Shown piece after piece: positions 38,704 through 39,204 of a stretch of DNA of 39,204 bases. This DNA comes from an uncultured Candidatus Peregrinibacteria bacterium (GTDB taxonomy: Bacteria > Patescibacteriota > Gracilibacteria > UBA1369 > LOWO2-01-FULL-3). The notes under the pieces are model-generated. The model did not search any database and was not told the DNA's origin. It was given only the letters and a program-made list of their open reading frames with translations. Every line of letters begins with the position of its first letter. Within the stretch, counting starts at the first letter, position 1. The translations under genes were made by a program, and so were the position numbers. Location: positions 1 to 39,204 of the forward strand of contig CAINDQ010000038.1 of the NCBI GenBank assembly GCA_903847465.1. The letters are read 5' to 3'.

Positions 38704-39204
38704 GAGCCTTTTTCTCCCCATGCTTCGCCACAAATCTCCTCCTCAATTTTTCGGCTGCCATTCTCGCGAAAGGATTTTGTTTGGCTAAAGCCCTGTCATA
38801 AATTTCTTTATTTTTCGTAGCCTGCGCTCCAGCAGGCGCAGCCAATCTATCCACCTCATCAAAAAACTGAGCCATTCTTCCTAGAAATTCATCAGAGTGT
38901 TTTTCGAATATCGGCAAGGTTGCAAAAGCAGTTCCAAAACTCAACGCCGGCGTCGTATGTTTGCACATCCAATAAAAATAATTCGCCATTTTTTGATCAT
39001 TTGGATCCTCAGAATCTTTCAACTCTTTATATCCATCCCACATAATCAAAAGTGCTCTTATGCTCATCGGCCCATTTTCCAAATAAGTCTGCCTTCTAAA
39101 ATGATGATCCAATTCTTCCAGCCTTTCACCACTGATATGGGGATGTGGATTTCTCAGATTCGTCCTTTTATGCCCAAAAGCTTCTTCGGTAAGATTATGA
39201 TCAA
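38690..39204 (-). CDS. hypothetical soluble protein; its N-terminus probably lies beyond the window edge
   Basis: The track lists 38690..39112 from a TTG. I translated 39113..39204 in the same frame (..DHNLTEEAFGHKRTNLRNPHPHISGERLEEL..) and it contains no stop, so the gene probably starts outside the window. The stop region overlaps the convergent gene by 14 nt. Confidence 0.5.
   Translation of the reverse strand, partial: DHNLTEEAFGHKRTNLRNPHPHISGERLEELDHHFRRQTYLENGPMSIRALLIMWDGYKELKDSEDPNDQKMANYFYWMCKHTTPALSFGTAFATLPIFEKHSDEFLGRMAQFFDEVDRLAAPAGAQATKNKEIYDRALAKQNPFARMAAEKLRRRFVAKHGEKKALKFF

Noticed and set aside
1-39204. CRISPR arrays, tRNA/rRNA genes, IS elements, integrases, prophage or ICE hallmarks. 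I considered in particular whether 27.9-39.2 kb is an integrated mobile element.
   Set aside because: I found no short direct-repeat/spacer array and no cloverleaf-like or rRNA-like sequence in the short intergenic regions. There are no transposase, recombinase or phage structural motifs, and no flanking att-like direct repeats. A mobile origin of the ORFan block can be neither supported nor excluded from this window.

Overview
This 39.2-kb window is roughly 40% GC by eye. I recognised no rRNA, tRNA, CRISPR array, transposase, integrase or housekeeping marker, so taxonomy cannot be fixed. Small membrane ORFs, SLH-anchored giant proteins, and canonical sigma70-like promoters with no Shine-Dalgarno motifs suggest an uncultivated, possibly CPR/Patescibacteria-like or host-associated bacterium; that is inference only. 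The window falls into three blocks. (i) 1-6.5 kb holds a partial minus-strand gene, then a plus-strand run of 12 short genes. Most are small membrane proteins, alongside a single-domain asparaginase-family protein, a membrane-fused spermidine-synthase-like protein and a DUF2164-like protein. (ii) 6.6-26.9 kb, half of the window, holds two tandem minus-strand giant genes of 3050 and 3646 aa. They share a duplicated promoter/leader/signal-peptide cassette, three C-terminal SLH wall-anchor repeats and similar hairpin terminators. Between those ends each is a string of cap + GLUG beta-helix stalks and lectin-type heads: LamG, F5/8 type C and NIDO-like in A; LamG, a 7-blade SBBP propeller and ALK/LTK-type glycine-rich domains in B. 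(iii) 27-39.2 kb holds a lipoprotein and a cupin, then an ORFan-rich block with seven strand switches. It mixes eight soluble unassignable proteins, several internally duplicated, with a YdeN/RBBP9-type serine hydrolase, a eukaryotic-type ornithine decarboxylase, a sensor-less orphan HisKA_2-type histidine kinase and a Rossmann methyltransferase-like protein. Most of these genes have their own TTGAC-type promoter. The most unusual item is a 138-aa Hint/bacterial-intein-like (BIL) domain with no +1 nucleophile. Together with a 170-aa orphan module it interrupts a beta-helix stalk of giant protein B. The second candidate for something undescribed is the ORFan block at 28-39 kb. All domain calls rest on motif reading by eye; no searches were run.
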